Part shown: positions 51,251 through 63,985 of the stretch, piece by piece | How positions within the stretch are numbered: the first letter of the stretch is position 1 | Layout of the letters: each line of letters starts with the position of its first letter | Assembly (NCBI RefSeq): GCF_964194155.1 | Contig: NC_135886.1 | Location: forward strand, 31,868,001 to 31,932,000 | From: Cetorhinus maximus | Lineage: Eukaryota | DNA length: 64,000 nucleotides | Direction of reading: 5' to 3' | Notes under the pieces: generated by a model | What the model saw: the letters and a program-made list of their open reading frames with translations, nothing else | Told to the model about the DNA's origin: nothing | Database searches by the model: none | Position numbers and translations under genes: made by a program

Positions 51251-51546
51251 TATGTGGTATGATTATTACTTCACACAACATTCAAGAGTACAGAAGTGGT
51301 AATATAGAATGTTCAGCAGGTAGTCTGAGGAAATTTGAAAGTTAGAGAGTAATTGTTGTACCATTATGATCAACTTTGTGTCACAGGCTGGATAATGAGA
51401 TGAACGTCCTAGTTAAGAAAAGTGGTTTTAAAGCAATACGCAAACACAAAATGAGAAACAAAATTGTAGTGATGGGGAGAGGTGGAGAAATAAAAAGTAC
51501 TAAATCTAACAGGAAAGAATATAGATAGCATATGTTTCATATAGAA

Positions 51547-52337
51547 CAGTGGTTCCTAAACTTTAGCATCCCGTGAATCCCTTTCATGAAAATGCCAAAT
51601 CTCACAAAACGCTCTCCTAAAAATAAACATTTTCCAGGGATTTTCTCCCTTACCAGAGTATAATTTATTAAAGCAGTGATCTTGGAAATATGAAATTTGT
51701 TTTTCTTATGACATTTTTGTTACACCCTGTTTATTATTACATTATTAATTGTATTACAGTATGAAAACAGCAACACTCTTCCAAGATTTCACTTTCATAA
51801 CTCGTATTACTTTGATTAAATCTAAACTTTCTCGTGTCTTTATATTTCTCGTTTTCAGCTACTTGTCCGTTATGGGGTGTAAGACAGTTAAAATAAAAAG
51901 TAACACTCTGAGAACGCGAACAAACTAATAAATGAGAACATTCGCTCACGTCTCACCAGAACAAAACAGCACACCACCCAGAGTGGCTGAGTACTTACTA
52001 ACTGAAGGACTGCACTGCCACTACATTGACTACAATGACCTTGGTTCCGGCCCTCAAGGCTCCAAAGTAGTCTGTTATTGAGTGCATTTGTTCATTTGGT
52101 GGGTGCCAAACCTACAGCTGTTTCTGAATAACACAAATAAGAACTAAGTAGCTTAGCTGTGCTAGTGTTGCTTTTATTAGGCCTGTGTTTCCATAATTAC
52201 GTTCAATTAATTATTCATTTCTACATATGTCAAATTAATTGTGTCTGCAATGTCTGCAGAAATCTGGAATTTTGGCGTGCAAACACTTTTGCTTCTGCCA
52301 CTAAGGAACTTTTCCCTGAGACATTTTGGAACCATTG
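51547..52337. mobile_element. Non-autonomous hAT (Charlie-like) DNA transposon, 791 bp
   Basis: TIR CAGTGGTTCCTAAA / TTTTGGAACCATTG and perfect 8-bp TSD ATATAGAA (51539-51546 and 52338-52345). Confidence 0.9.
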
Positions 52338-52904
52338 ATATAGAAGTTAGGAGACCAGTGAAAAGAAGCAAAAACTATCTTCTTTAAAAAAAGAAGGGAG
52401 ATTGAAGTATGTCGGAATATGTAGTAAAACATTTAAAATGATAATAATTAGGTATCAGTAAAAGATCTTCAACGAGATTTTCCTTCCTTTGATACAGGAA
52501 ACTTTCTGACAGAGAAAAGGGTCTGGCAATCTAGGAATGATTGTGATGAGGTGAGACAGGATTTAGCTGCCTACAGCCTCTGTTTTCAGATTTACAGCTT
52601 GCTGGACACCCATCACCCACGAAGGATGGTATAAGTCTTCCCCTAGACTTCCACTGACTGGACAGTCAATGATGGTTCCATTGGTAGGCTGTAGAGTTAA
52701 GACAAACACTCTTCTGACATTGTTCACTCCCCCTCAGGATGTTTAGTCCACATAGGAACCTTTGCTGATCTCAATCGGCAGCCAGAAGGTCCTGATCTCT
52801 GGGACTATATAGACTCTCAAATGAGAGGGCTTGCCACTGCCTTTGAATTTCCAGGCCTATGTGCTTATGCTAGGCCCTACCAAATACTCCACACAAGAAG
52901 CATA

Positions 52905-53195
52905 ACCCTGCCCTGTGTTAACTCCACCATGTGTGGTGCTGAGCCCCACACATACACAGAAGGAAAGACTCAATTCTATCCCAGCTTGTGTTAATCCTAT
53001 CATATGCGTATTCACTCTGAAATACAGAACAGAAAAGGCCCAATTCTAACCCCAGCCTGTGTACTCCCATCAAGTGTGGAAATGAGCCTCGCATACAGAG
53101 CAGGAAATGTTCAACTTCATTCGCGGCCTGTGTTCATCCAACCAGATATGGTACTGAAGCACTCACACAAAGTAGAAAAGTCCTAATTCTGTGCC
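52905..53195. repeat. Degenerate ~71-bp tandem repeat, about 4 copies
   Basis: Anchor tgtgt recurs at 52914, 52987, 53058 and 53129, each followed by a similar ...acag/acaa..gaaa...aattct block. Confidence 0.7.
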
Positions 53196-53364
53196 AGGAA
53201 TGATGCCGGACTATGTAAATGGCCTGGGCAATATAAATCACAATGAACCTGTACAACGCTGGAGTGCCATGGCAAAGGTATTAGAAATAATGGAGACAAT
53301 TTTAACATGGGTGCGTGCATGGTATTGGGTATGTGTGTGGGGCTGTGGTTAACACAAGAATGCA

Positions 53365-56300
53365 AGAAATAGGAGCAGGAGTAGACCATATGGCCCTTTG
53401 AGCCTGCCCCACCACTCAATACGATCATGGCTGACCTTGGGCTTCACCTCTACTTCCCTGTCCATTCCCCATATCCCTTGATTTCTTTAAAGACCTGAAA
53501 TCTGTTTATCCCATCCGTTAATATATTCAATGGTGGAGCATTCACAACCCTCTGGGGCAGAGAATTCCAAAGATTTTGAGTGAAGAAATTTCCCCTCATC
53601 TCAGATTTTTTTATTCATTCATGGGATGTGGGTGTCACTGGCTAGGCCAGCATTTATTGCCCACCACTGATGCCCTTCTTCAAAGGGCATTTAAGAGTCA
53701 ACCACATTGTTGTGGATCTGGAGTCACATGTAGGCCAGACCAAGTAAGGACAGTAGATTTCCTTCCCTAAAGGGCATTAGTGAACCAGATGGGTTTTTAC
53801 AACAATCAACAATGGTTTCATTAGACTCTTTAATCCAGATTTTTATTGAATTCAAATTCCACCATCTGCCATGGCAGGATACAAACCAGGGTCCCAGACC
53901 ATTACCCTGGTCTTTGGATTACTCGCCCAGCAACAATACCACAACACCATCGCTTCCCCCAAGCAATCAGCCCCTTATGCTGAGACTGTGTCCTCGCATT
54001 TTAGATTCCCCGACCAGGGGAAACAATCTCTCAGCGCCTACCCTATCAATAGCTTTAGATTTCCCTACATTATAATCCATCTGCCATCTTATTGCCCACT
54101 CAGTTAACCTGTCTATATCTCTTTGCAGCCTCTCTTCGTCCTCCCCATAGCTTACCTTTCCACCTAGCTTTGTACTATCAGCAAACTTAAATACATTAGT
54201 CTGTGTCTCTTCATCTAAGTCATGAATATAGATTGTTAGTAGCTATGAGCCCCAGTACTGACCCTTGTGGTAGTCCACAATTAATCACCTGCCAACTTGA
54301 AAAAGTCTCATTTATGCCCATTCTCTGCTTCCTATCTGATAGCCAATGCTCTATCCATGCTAATATATTATCTCCAACTCCATCACACTTATCTTATCTA
54401 TTATTCTTCTGTGTGGCACCTTACCAAAGGCCTTTTAGAAATTCAGATATACATCTACTGGTTCCCCCTTTATCCACCTTACTAGTTACATCCTCAAAAA
54501 TCTTCAATTAATTTTTCAAACAGGATTTCCCTTCAGTAAAACCATGACTTGTTCTAATCATACTATGCTTTTCTAAGTGCAGTAATAGATTCCAACAATT
54601 TCCCAACAACTGGTGTTATGCTAACTGACCTGTAGTTCCCTGTTTTCTCTCTCCCTCCTTTCTTGAAAACAGAGTAACATTTGAGTCCCAATCTGATGGG
54701 ACCGTTCCCAAATCGAATGAATTCTGGAAAATCACAGCCAGCGCATCCACTATCTCTGCAGCTATCTCCTTTAAAACTGTAGGGTGTAGGTCATTAGGCT
54801 CCAGGGATTTGCTGAATTTTAGTCTTTTAAGTTTCTCCGTTACTTTTTCTCTGTTGATATTAATTTCTCTAATTTCCTCACTCTTTTTAACCCCTAGTTT
54901 TTTGTCTATTTTTGGAATGAAACTGTCTTCTACTGTGAAAACAGACACAAAATATTTGTTTACTTGATCTGCCATTTCCTCGTTTCCCATTATAATTTCT
55001 CCTCTCTCCGATTCTATGGACCAATGTTAACTTTAGCTGCTATATTCCTTTTTATATACGTGGAAAAAGTCTTACAACCTTTTTGTATTACTGGCTAGTT
55101 TGCTGTCATATCCTACTTTTTTTTCCTTCTCACCAACTTTTTGTTTGCCCTTTGCTGTTTCTAAAACACTCCCAACCCTCAGACTTGTTATTGGTTTTGC
55201 AATATTATAAGCCTCTTCTTTTAATCAAATACTATCCCTAACTTCAGGGTGAGCCAAGGATGGGTCTTTTTTGCTGAGATTTTGTTTTTCTGTGGAATAT
55301 ATTTTTGTTGGACATTTTGAATTATTTCTTTAAATGTTTCTCACTGTTCATTTACAGCCATACCTTTTAGTCTATTTACCGAATTTACCGTACCCAGTTC
55401 TCCCCTCATGCCTATGTAATTTGTCTAAGATTCTTGTTTGTGATTGGAGTATGTCACTTTCAAATTTAACCTGGAATTCAGTGGTATTACAATTACTGTT
55501 TCCAAATGGATCTTTTACTACGACATTACTAATTAACACTGCTTCATTACACAATACTAGATCTAAGATAGCTTCATCCCTAGTTAGTTCCAAGACATAT
55601 TGGTCCAAGAAACTGTCATGAAAACATTCCACAGACTCATATTCTAAATCACTCTTGCCAATTTGATTGACTTGGTCTATATGAAGATTAACTGTTACAT
55701 TTCCTTTTTTACAAGCTCTGATGATTTCTTGTTTAATGCTCTGTCCAACTGTATAACTACTTTTAGGGGACTTATACACTACTCCCACCAGAGTTTTTTG
55801 ACCCTTGCTACTTCATGATCTTCTAAGGGCAGATCCCTTCTCTGTAAAGTCCTTATGTCATCCTTTAATGTCAGGGCTACCCCTCCTCCTTTGCCATTTG
55901 TCTGTCTTTCCAAAATGTTGTATAGCCTGGAATATTTGTTTCCCATCCTTGGTTACCTTGTAACCACGTCTCTGTAATGGCGCTTAGATCAAAATCATTT
56001 ACCTCTATTTGTGCCACTAGTTCACCTATCTTATTGCAAATGCTTGGCGCATTCAAATGAAGAATTTAATTTTTTTACTTCTGTTCCCTGCAATGACATT
56101 ATTCATTGATGTACAATTTTTGCTAAACTCTCTGTCCCTTCCTGCACCATTCTGCTTGTCTTTGTCCACATTACTATACTCCTCCGACGCCTCAACCTTT
56201 CTTTTTAGGTTCTAAATCTCCCTTCACCTGAAATCTTACTCCCCTCCCCCCGGCACCACCACCAATCACCCTGGTTAGTTTAAAGCCCTGTCCACAGCCC

Positions 56301-56520
56301 TAGCTATATGATTGGCCAGGACTCTTGTCCCAGCCCAGTTCAAGTGTAGCCCATCCCATCAGAATAGCTCATTGTTCCCTGAGAACTGATTCCAGTGCCC
56401 CTTGACTGGAAACCCCTTCTTCCCACTTCTTCTTGAGCCACATGTTTATTTGTCTAATCTGCTTGACCCTATGCCAATTGCCGCGTGGCTCAGGTAACAA
56501 CCAGAGATTATGAACTTTAA
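53365..56520 (-). mobile_element. CR1 LINE with ORF1 end, endonuclease, partial RT and 3' UTR; internally deleted
   Basis: LLPEPRGNWHRVKQIRQINMWLK (ORF1 esterase-like), GVVYKSP, FLDQYVLELTRDEAILDLVLCNE, LHPTVLKEIAAEIVDALAVIFQNS; 3' UTR at ~53365-53460. Confidence 0.88.
53605..53960 (-). mobile_element. tRNA-derived SINE (~355 bp) nested in CR1
   Basis: Minus-strand head ggggaagcgaTGGTGTTGTGG (A-box-like)...GGTTTGTATCC (B-box-like); tail ends gaatgaataaaa. Confidence 0.7.
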
Positions 56521-57364
56521 ACTGGGAAAACTCTGAGTGTGTTGGGAAGCTGGATCTAGTCAATTTTACGGAGACAGTTCAAGGTGTGGGTGGCCAACCA
56601 AAGAGACAGATTGGCATTTCATATATGTTAATGAGCTGGAAAGCCTCTGATTTAACCTGCTTTGGAGTGTTTTCAGTGGGGTTTCCCAGGCCTCTGGAAA
56701 CCCAGCAACTGAAACAAATTGAGGACAACATTGGAGAGAAGCTAAATACCTTTGCACCATTGATTGTGGGTCAGCAGGAGCAGAATAATTGTGTCTACTT
56801 TGGTGGATGACACCACATTGCGTGGGAAACAGGATATTCCAAGAAGATATCCTATTGCAATAACCTATTGTCATTTAACAACTGAGCAGAAACATCACAA
56901 TTGTTGAGTAATTATTGAAAATTCACTACAAATACTGCAAAGTTCTCCCATTGCCGTGAGAGTTACTGGCAGTATACCGCAATGTTACAGAAGAAATCCT
57001 GTAGGTAGTCAGATTAGTGGTTTCTGAGTTGACCTGAGTGATGGTAATTCATTCAAAGACGATTGAAAGTAAGGAGGAATGGAATAAGCGTGCTGCAGAA
57101 TCGCAAAAATCTTTACACAAGGAGAGATTTATTGCAAACTAGGTGCAGCAAGGAGAGATTTGGTGTGTCACTGATCAATCGTGGAAAGTGGTGTCAAATA
57201 AAATTACAGCAATTACTAGGTCAAATGGAATGTTGGGGTCTCTAACTAGATTCATAGGTGCTGGTTACTGATGCTAAGTGTTGCAGCGCCTTTGGTATCA
57301 GAGCCTATTATTAGATGTAGAGACCTGATGTCAACTCTGCATTTAAAATGCAAAGCTCATTTCT

Positions 57365-58410
57365 TTTTTATGTATTCATTCAAGGGATGTAGGTGTTGCT
57401 GCCAAGGCCAGCATTTATTGCGCATCCCTAATTGTCCTCGAGAAGGTATTGGGTAAGTTGCCTGCTTGAACTGCTGCCGTCCTTGTGGTGATGGTACTCC
57501 TACAGTGCTGTTCGGGAGAGAGTGCAAGAATTATGACCCAGCAACAATGCAGAGATGACAATATATTTTCAGGTCAGGATGTTGTGCAATTTAGAGGTGA
57601 TGATGTTCCCATGTGCCTGCTGCCCTTATCCTTCTAGGTAGTAGAGGTTGCAGGTTTAGGAGCTGCTTCTGAAGAAGCTTTGGCAGTTGCTGCAGTGTAT
57701 CATGTAGATGGAACAAACTGCAGCCGCTATGCGTAGTGGTGGAGGGAGTGAATATTTAAGGTGGTGGAGGGGGTGCCAATCAAGCAAGCTGCTTTGTCCT
57801 GTGCTGTTCTTTGTTCTAATACCCAGCCTCTGATCTGCATTTGTAGTCACAGTATTTATATGGCTGGTTTAATTAAGTTTCTGGTCAATGGTAACCCCCA
57901 GGATGTTGATGCTGTGGATGCTAATACCCTTGAATGCCAAGGGGAAGTTCTTAGTCTCTCTCTTGGAGGTGTTCATGTTACTTGTCACTTATCTGTCCAA
58001 GCTTAACATTGTCCACATCTTGCTGCATGTGGACGTGGACTGCTTTAGTATCGAATTAGTTGTGAATTAAACTTAACGCTGTACAACCATCAGTGAACGT
58101 CCCCACATCTGACTTTATGATGTGGGGAAGGTCATTGATAAAGCAGCTGAAGATGGCTGGACCTGGGACACTAGCCTGAGGAACTCCTGCAGCGATATCC
58201 TGGGGCTAAGATGAAGCACTCTTGTCTTTCTTTCTGCTAGGTTTGACTTCCAACCCATGGAGTGTTTTCTCTGATTCCCATTGACTTCACACTTGGTTAT
58301 TGCTGCCTTGATGCCATGGGCAGGCACTCTCACCTCACCTCTGGAATTCAGCTGTTTGTCCATGTTTGGACCAACACTGTTAGGAATGTGGAGCTGAGTG
58401 GCCCTGGTAC
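57365..58410 (-). mobile_element. CR1/L2-group LINE 3' portion, decayed
   Basis: Minus strand gcaggagttcctcaggctagtgtcccaggtccagccatcttcagctgctttatcaatgaccttccc (AGVPQASVPGPAIFSCFINDLP); (gaat)n tail. Confidence 0.75.
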
Positions 58411-59619
58411 CATTTATGAAACAATGATGGGGGCACAGGTAGCATTGAACCCAACTTGCAAACTGGACTAGCTGAAGGGACAGTAATCAATTAAAAATGA
58501 AATGAAAAATGTGGCATACTCAGCTAGTTCATTTTTTTTGTAGAAAGAACTAATCTTTATGTAACCCTTTTCCTTTATTTTGATATGCAATATCATGTAC
58601 CACTTAGTTCTGCAATGTGAAGGAAATGTTAAAACAGCATTGCATAATTATTTGTAAACTAATAAAATACATTAAATGATGCAAAGAACAAATCATTAAG
58701 TAGTGGGCTATCTAGTAGAGCTAATTAGTACATCATCTAAATGTGCTAATACTTTGCATTCCTTAAATGCTGCATAATAACTCACCTGCACAAGCGGATT
58801 AGTGTTGTAAACCATGTTTTCAGTACCACATAATTTAAATTATGGACAGCATATAAAAATAGACAGGCTTATTGAGAATGTTTAAATTTAAGGACTAAAG
58901 ACTTTGTGAACCATTTTATGGTAAGCTTTCGACTGAAGAATTATTTCCATCATTTGAAATTTTAATGTGACTATCATTTGCGACAAATTCTAGTTGTCTG
59001 GCAACAAAAATCCTTGTCAAATCCAAAGTCATGGAGTGGAAGATGTTATGGATGACATTTATAGTGGAACCCCTTGCACTCCCCCCCCACCCCCCCACCC
59101 CCACCATCCTACAAAGTGGTAAATTGACAATCTCTCTATCGGATTATCGACCACAAGAGATCAAATGGAGAGAAAAACAGAATGTAATTTCATAATTAAA
59201 CCACCAAAAGGTTAACTACTTCCATTGAATGTTTAAAACCATCAAATTTGAAATGAAATGAAGCTGACTCTGTTGCTGGGTATATGTGTTAATGATCATA
59301 GTCATATACACAAAAATAAATTCTTATTCAAATTGCACACCTCTAGATTCATATTGGCTTAAAGACTTTTGGTTACAAAGAATTGAGTTGCAAAGGCCCA
59401 AACATGAAGAAGGTAAATCTGATTTTTACCGACATGGCGGAGAAGGCCAGAGACAGAGAAACTAAGGATGTGGGAGGAGACACAGGTCTGGTGAAAGATG
59501 TCATGGCAAGGTGATGTCAAAAAGTTGCATCACTGTTGGAAAGTAGATTATTCTAGGTTCTTCAAAATTCAACCCCTCCCTCAACCCTGAGAAGAATTAG
59601 TCAACAGGACAAGACACGA

Positions 59620-62295
59620 GGGTGGGATTTTCCGTCTCTGCCCGCGGTGGATGTCATGGCGGGCGGGAGCAGAAAATATCACGAGATCCGAAAAATCAGT
59701 TTACCGCCATCATAAAAGCAGTCCAGGATCATCCGTTGCAGCTGTCAATGGCGGGCCACGTTTCCCACTGTGGCATGTCAGGAACGTGATTGTAATACAT
59801 TTGCATCTCATTATAAGGGCTGCTTGCCGGAATCACCCCCCACACTGGATCAAGTGGTGTGCAATTTGACCGACATGTTTCACAACGGTATATAAGCAGC
59901 ATGCACCTGGCGCTTCACTCGTGACTTTGAGGTTTGTTCACCTACCTTGCATCGTGCAGCGCTCAAGGTAACTCAGACTCAACGTCAGGCTTCACAGGCA
60001 GCACTGCATCACTTTGATGGGGGTGTCAGAGGCAAGCCTCTACCTATCAGACCAGAAGTAAGGCAGGGGTGGCTTTTAATGTGCTGCAGCGCAAGGCCTC
60101 CAGTGGGGAATGGGGGAAACTGGCCTGAGCGAAGGGCAGGGGCTGCAGGGCAAGGGCTCCACTGTGGGGTAGGAGTGGGGAAGGCTGCACTCAGACACAT
60201 AACTGGGGGGGAGTGGGGGGGCAGGTGCAGTGGGAGGGTGGTAGGGAAGCGTCCTCAGCACCAGGAAGTGGAGAGAGTCAGGTGCAAAATGGCATAAGCG
60301 ACTTTGGGCCAGAATGGGAGGATTGCTGAATGAAGAAGCACTTCAAAGTTAAGCTTGCAATGGCTGTCCTTGTCCAAGTCCGGGCAGGAGGAGGGCATGA
60401 AAGTCCAGTCTCAGTCATACTGAGGTAGTTATGGTTTTATTTAGTGTGTAATGTACTTTTAAGATTAATATTTGTAGGCAAGATCACCTGATCTGTAGTA
60501 ATCAATAGGAGAGCAGCTCGGGCTACTTCAGCAGTCAGTGTAGCGATAGAGTTGGAGTTGAAAGCACACATGTAGTTGCTGCTGAGTATATTGTAAATAA
60601 TCTTAAAGTTTCCATCCAAGAAGTGTCTGTGGATCAACCTTATCATTAATAGTGCAACTCGGCCACCCTACAACACGGACCCAGGATGTTGTGCGCAGGA
60701 CGTTATTGTAACATCACGCGTGTTGGTCTGGGGGCTTTCTGGCTTCATATTGGGCTGTAGATGGAACACTCGGGAGGCACCTGTAGCCTTTAGATGGGTA
60801 AAAGGTATTGTTGGGGCATTCGAGGGTACTGGAAGTGAACAGCTATTTGTCAGACTGTGCAAGTGTCCTCAAGATGGGGAGGCGTGAGGTCCAGGACGTA
60901 GGCACATCCACTTCAAACTGTTCAGGGAGTGACAAAGGGATATCCAGCACAGTCACGATGGGATCAAGGAATAGAGGGGGAGGATTAGGAGGTTCCTGGA
61001 GTTCCGGCGACCTCGGATGTCCCTGCCTCCGCCTGCTGTGGACTAGATTCTGTGCTGTGCTCACCAAATTGTGACCCCCGTGCCTGCTCTCGAAGTAGGT
61101 CCTTCCAAGGTGAGTGTCTCTGCGCTAGTGGAGGGTGTGGGTGAGCGCTGGGAGGGGTTTTTCTGCTGTGGTGTCCTCAGGATCGTCATCCAAGGTGTCG
61201 TCAGGGCTCGAGCTAAGGGCCTGGTTGGTTGAGGGCCTTAGGTGCTTGGCAGAGGTGCCTATGAAAGAAAGTAGAGATAATTAGTGCATGGCAGGTGACT
61301 CAAAAATAGGACAATGCACTCACAGTATGGTTGTCTGAGGGATGAGCTGGTGCAGGATCCTCATGTGGGTTTTTGCCACTGACTTCACCATCGCCGCAGA
61401 CATGGTCCACATCCTCCCTGGCCAGCTCAATGGCTCGGTTTTCGAACTGAGAGAGGACCTTGAGTTCTGGCACTTCACCTCTGGTCTGGGACCCCTTCCT
61501 GTGATTGTGTACGCGATCTTGTTCCGCGTAAAGAAAGATAGAGAGAGTGTGAGCGAGACGCATGCCAGGGCAGATGATAAGGATGCCTGGCATTTGTGGT
61601 TGCTGAGGGGAGCCATGGACAGGATGAGGACGTGATCTTCAGAGTGGATGAGCCCAGATGGAAGATGTGAGGGTGTGTGTGAGAGTGAGTTGTGATGTCC
61701 CTTGAACTGGCAGTGAGTGAGATGCCAGTGAATGTATGATGGGCTTGTGAGTGTGTGAGTTGAGAGTGATGAGATGGTTGACTTATACTGCAGCACGGAT
61801 GAGATCATTCACCCTCTTTCTGCGCTGGGTCCTGACTTCTTCTGTGCAGAGTTGGCACTGACCAGCGCTGCCACCACCTCCCAAGCCAGATTTGTGAGCT
61901 TGCCGGACCTTCTGCGGCCATCACAGGGATAAAGGACATTGTGGCGGGCCTTAACTGCATCCAAAAGACATTCCGGTCACTGAATTTGGGGGCTGCCATC
62001 TTCTTGGCTTTTGGGACTATGTCTTCAGCAGAGCAGTCCTGGGCTGCAGACACTGAGAATGCTGTGCATGGCTGCACTTTAAATTTAGTGCTCACAGTGA
62101 GGAGCAGTGAGCTCACGGCAGGACAGGCGAATCAGAGGCTGCCCGCCAGCGATCTGGTGTGTTTCCCATGTGTGCATAATTGATGAGGTGGGAAGTGGAC
62201 AATACGGTGTGAAAACCCGTCTTTGCAGCTGGCGGTAAAACACCGATTTGCACTCCCGCCGCCGCACCTAGTGCACTAAGGGGAAAATCCTGCCA
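59620..62295 (-). mobile_element. Harbinger derivative retaining a decayed Myb/SANT gene but no recognisable transposase
   Basis: Ends GGGTGGGATTTTCC / GGAAAATCCTGCC; minus-strand KAKKMAAPKFSD and second exon HNHRKGSQTRGEVPELKVLSQFENRAIEL. TSD not matched. Confidence 0.75.
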
Positions 62296-62842
62296 TAGGA
62301 ATGGTATGTTACCATCGCCATAACTTCGCTAAGGGTAATAAAACAAGTGATATCAGATCAGCCCACTGGACCTGAATGCATAATGAGTGCCTATAAGGTA
62401 TTGGTCATTTCATTCCCCCACCCTTTATCTCTCCTGCTGAGAATAAAAGTTACGCCCCATAGTTTATACAGTGTCATTTCTGAACAGCATAATTTTGTTA
62501 TTTATTCGTAATTTCATTAGAGGGATGTAAAACCAATTGTAGTGATATAAACTTCCTGAAAAATTTGGTATTGAAAGCTCCAAGAGAGAAGCCAACATCA
62601 GTGGAGCAGATTGTAATTCTGTGGTGACACCATTTCCTGAAGGTTTTTGGCTGAGGGTGAAGTAATGATCCTATAAGAATTGACAACAAGTAACACATGG
62701 AAGGTTATTAAAGAAATCAATTTTTACTGTTTCTACTGCAGGTTTAAAATGGTATTAAAAGGGCAATGGCCACCAGTAGTGCATAGATCATTTGAAATTT
62801 GTTTACTCTTAAATCTTAATGCCCTTCATGACAAATGCATCA

Positions 62843-63763
62843 TGTTAGAGTAGCGACCAGGAATGTTTTTAATTTTTTTGAATCTGAAAATCCAGGTATT
62901 TATTGAAAGAGTAAAGCCACTAGGTTCATTGTTTAAAACAAAAGCATTTTACTACGCAAAAATCAAAGAACATTAATACTAATAACTACAGTCTATCATA
63001 ATGAGTAGTTACATTAAAGATAGTAAAGTACAAAGAATACCATTACTTATTTTCTAACCGAACTTATTACCTCAAATTTTCTTTGACTTGCACCACCAAA
63101 ACTCAAGTCAGATACTTATCATAAACTGGAAGATTGGTCTGAGCACTGCTTCAAAGATTCATATAATGTTTGAGATTCCTTCGGTCTTGTGCTTACTTCC
63201 AGCAAGGTTTCAAATCTCTTCCGACTGTCCCATGGTTGTAAGCAACCAGTTCAACACAGGCGTCGCTACTGACTTAAGTGGAGCCACCTTGGGTCAGAAC
63301 TCTCCTAGTTCTAATATTCTTTAGCTCTGGAGTCTTGCATCTAAAGCTCTCCCTCTTCTCAGCTTGGCTATGCCCAGAAATCCAACTCAATGTTAGGAGT
63401 CCTTCAGTTAAATAGAGGTTCAATTCTTTAAGCCAGCACCCAGAATTTCAGCTGAACTCTGCTTGAAAGGGATGTTCCGTGTTCTATAGCAAGATTGGTC
63501 TAAATCAAATCCAAACAGCTTGATCACAGAAGCACACCTAAGGATCTACTCACCAGTAATTAAACTCCTTGTTGACCCTTTTTCTATTGTTTTCCTTCCA
63601 GGCAACTTGGTCATGTGATCAGTTACTGGAAGCTGGGTGTTTTACAAGGAATCATTCTGGGAAACCTAGCTCTTAAAGGAACAATCACCCCAACATAAAA
63701 CATAGGGTTTTTTTTTATCCCCAAAAAGCACATTGTCCATCACAGTGGCATTTCTCTTGTAAC
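62843..63763 (-). mobile_element. Possible solo LTR
   Basis: TGTTA...TAACA termini, non-coding, layout similar to 33241-34622; no TSD seen. Confidence 0.35.
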
Positions 63764-63859
63764 AAGAACTGTTACTATTGGTGATCTATTGATAACATCA
63801 CAGACATGAGTGGATTTTAAATGTGGAATTTTTAAGAAAGTGCTTTTGTCAACTGATTA

Positions 63860-63985
63860 ATAACAACAACTTGTATTTATATAGTTCCTTTGATGTAGTA
63901 AAATATCCCAAGGCATTTCATAGGAGTGATTATCAAATGAAGTATAACATCATAAGGAGATATTAGGGCAGACAACCAAGGCCTG
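63860..63985 (-). mobile_element. L2 LINE 3' end remnant
   Basis: aacaacaacttgtatttatatag...cccaaggcatttcataggagtg. Confidence 0.6.

Noticed and set aside
52905-53195. CRISPR-like repeat-spacer periodicity
   Set aside because: Whole units are homologous and degenerate, there are no cas genes, and the context is vertebrate.
53880-53960. tRNA gene
   Set aside because: Only degenerate A/B boxes of a SINE head; no cloverleaf.
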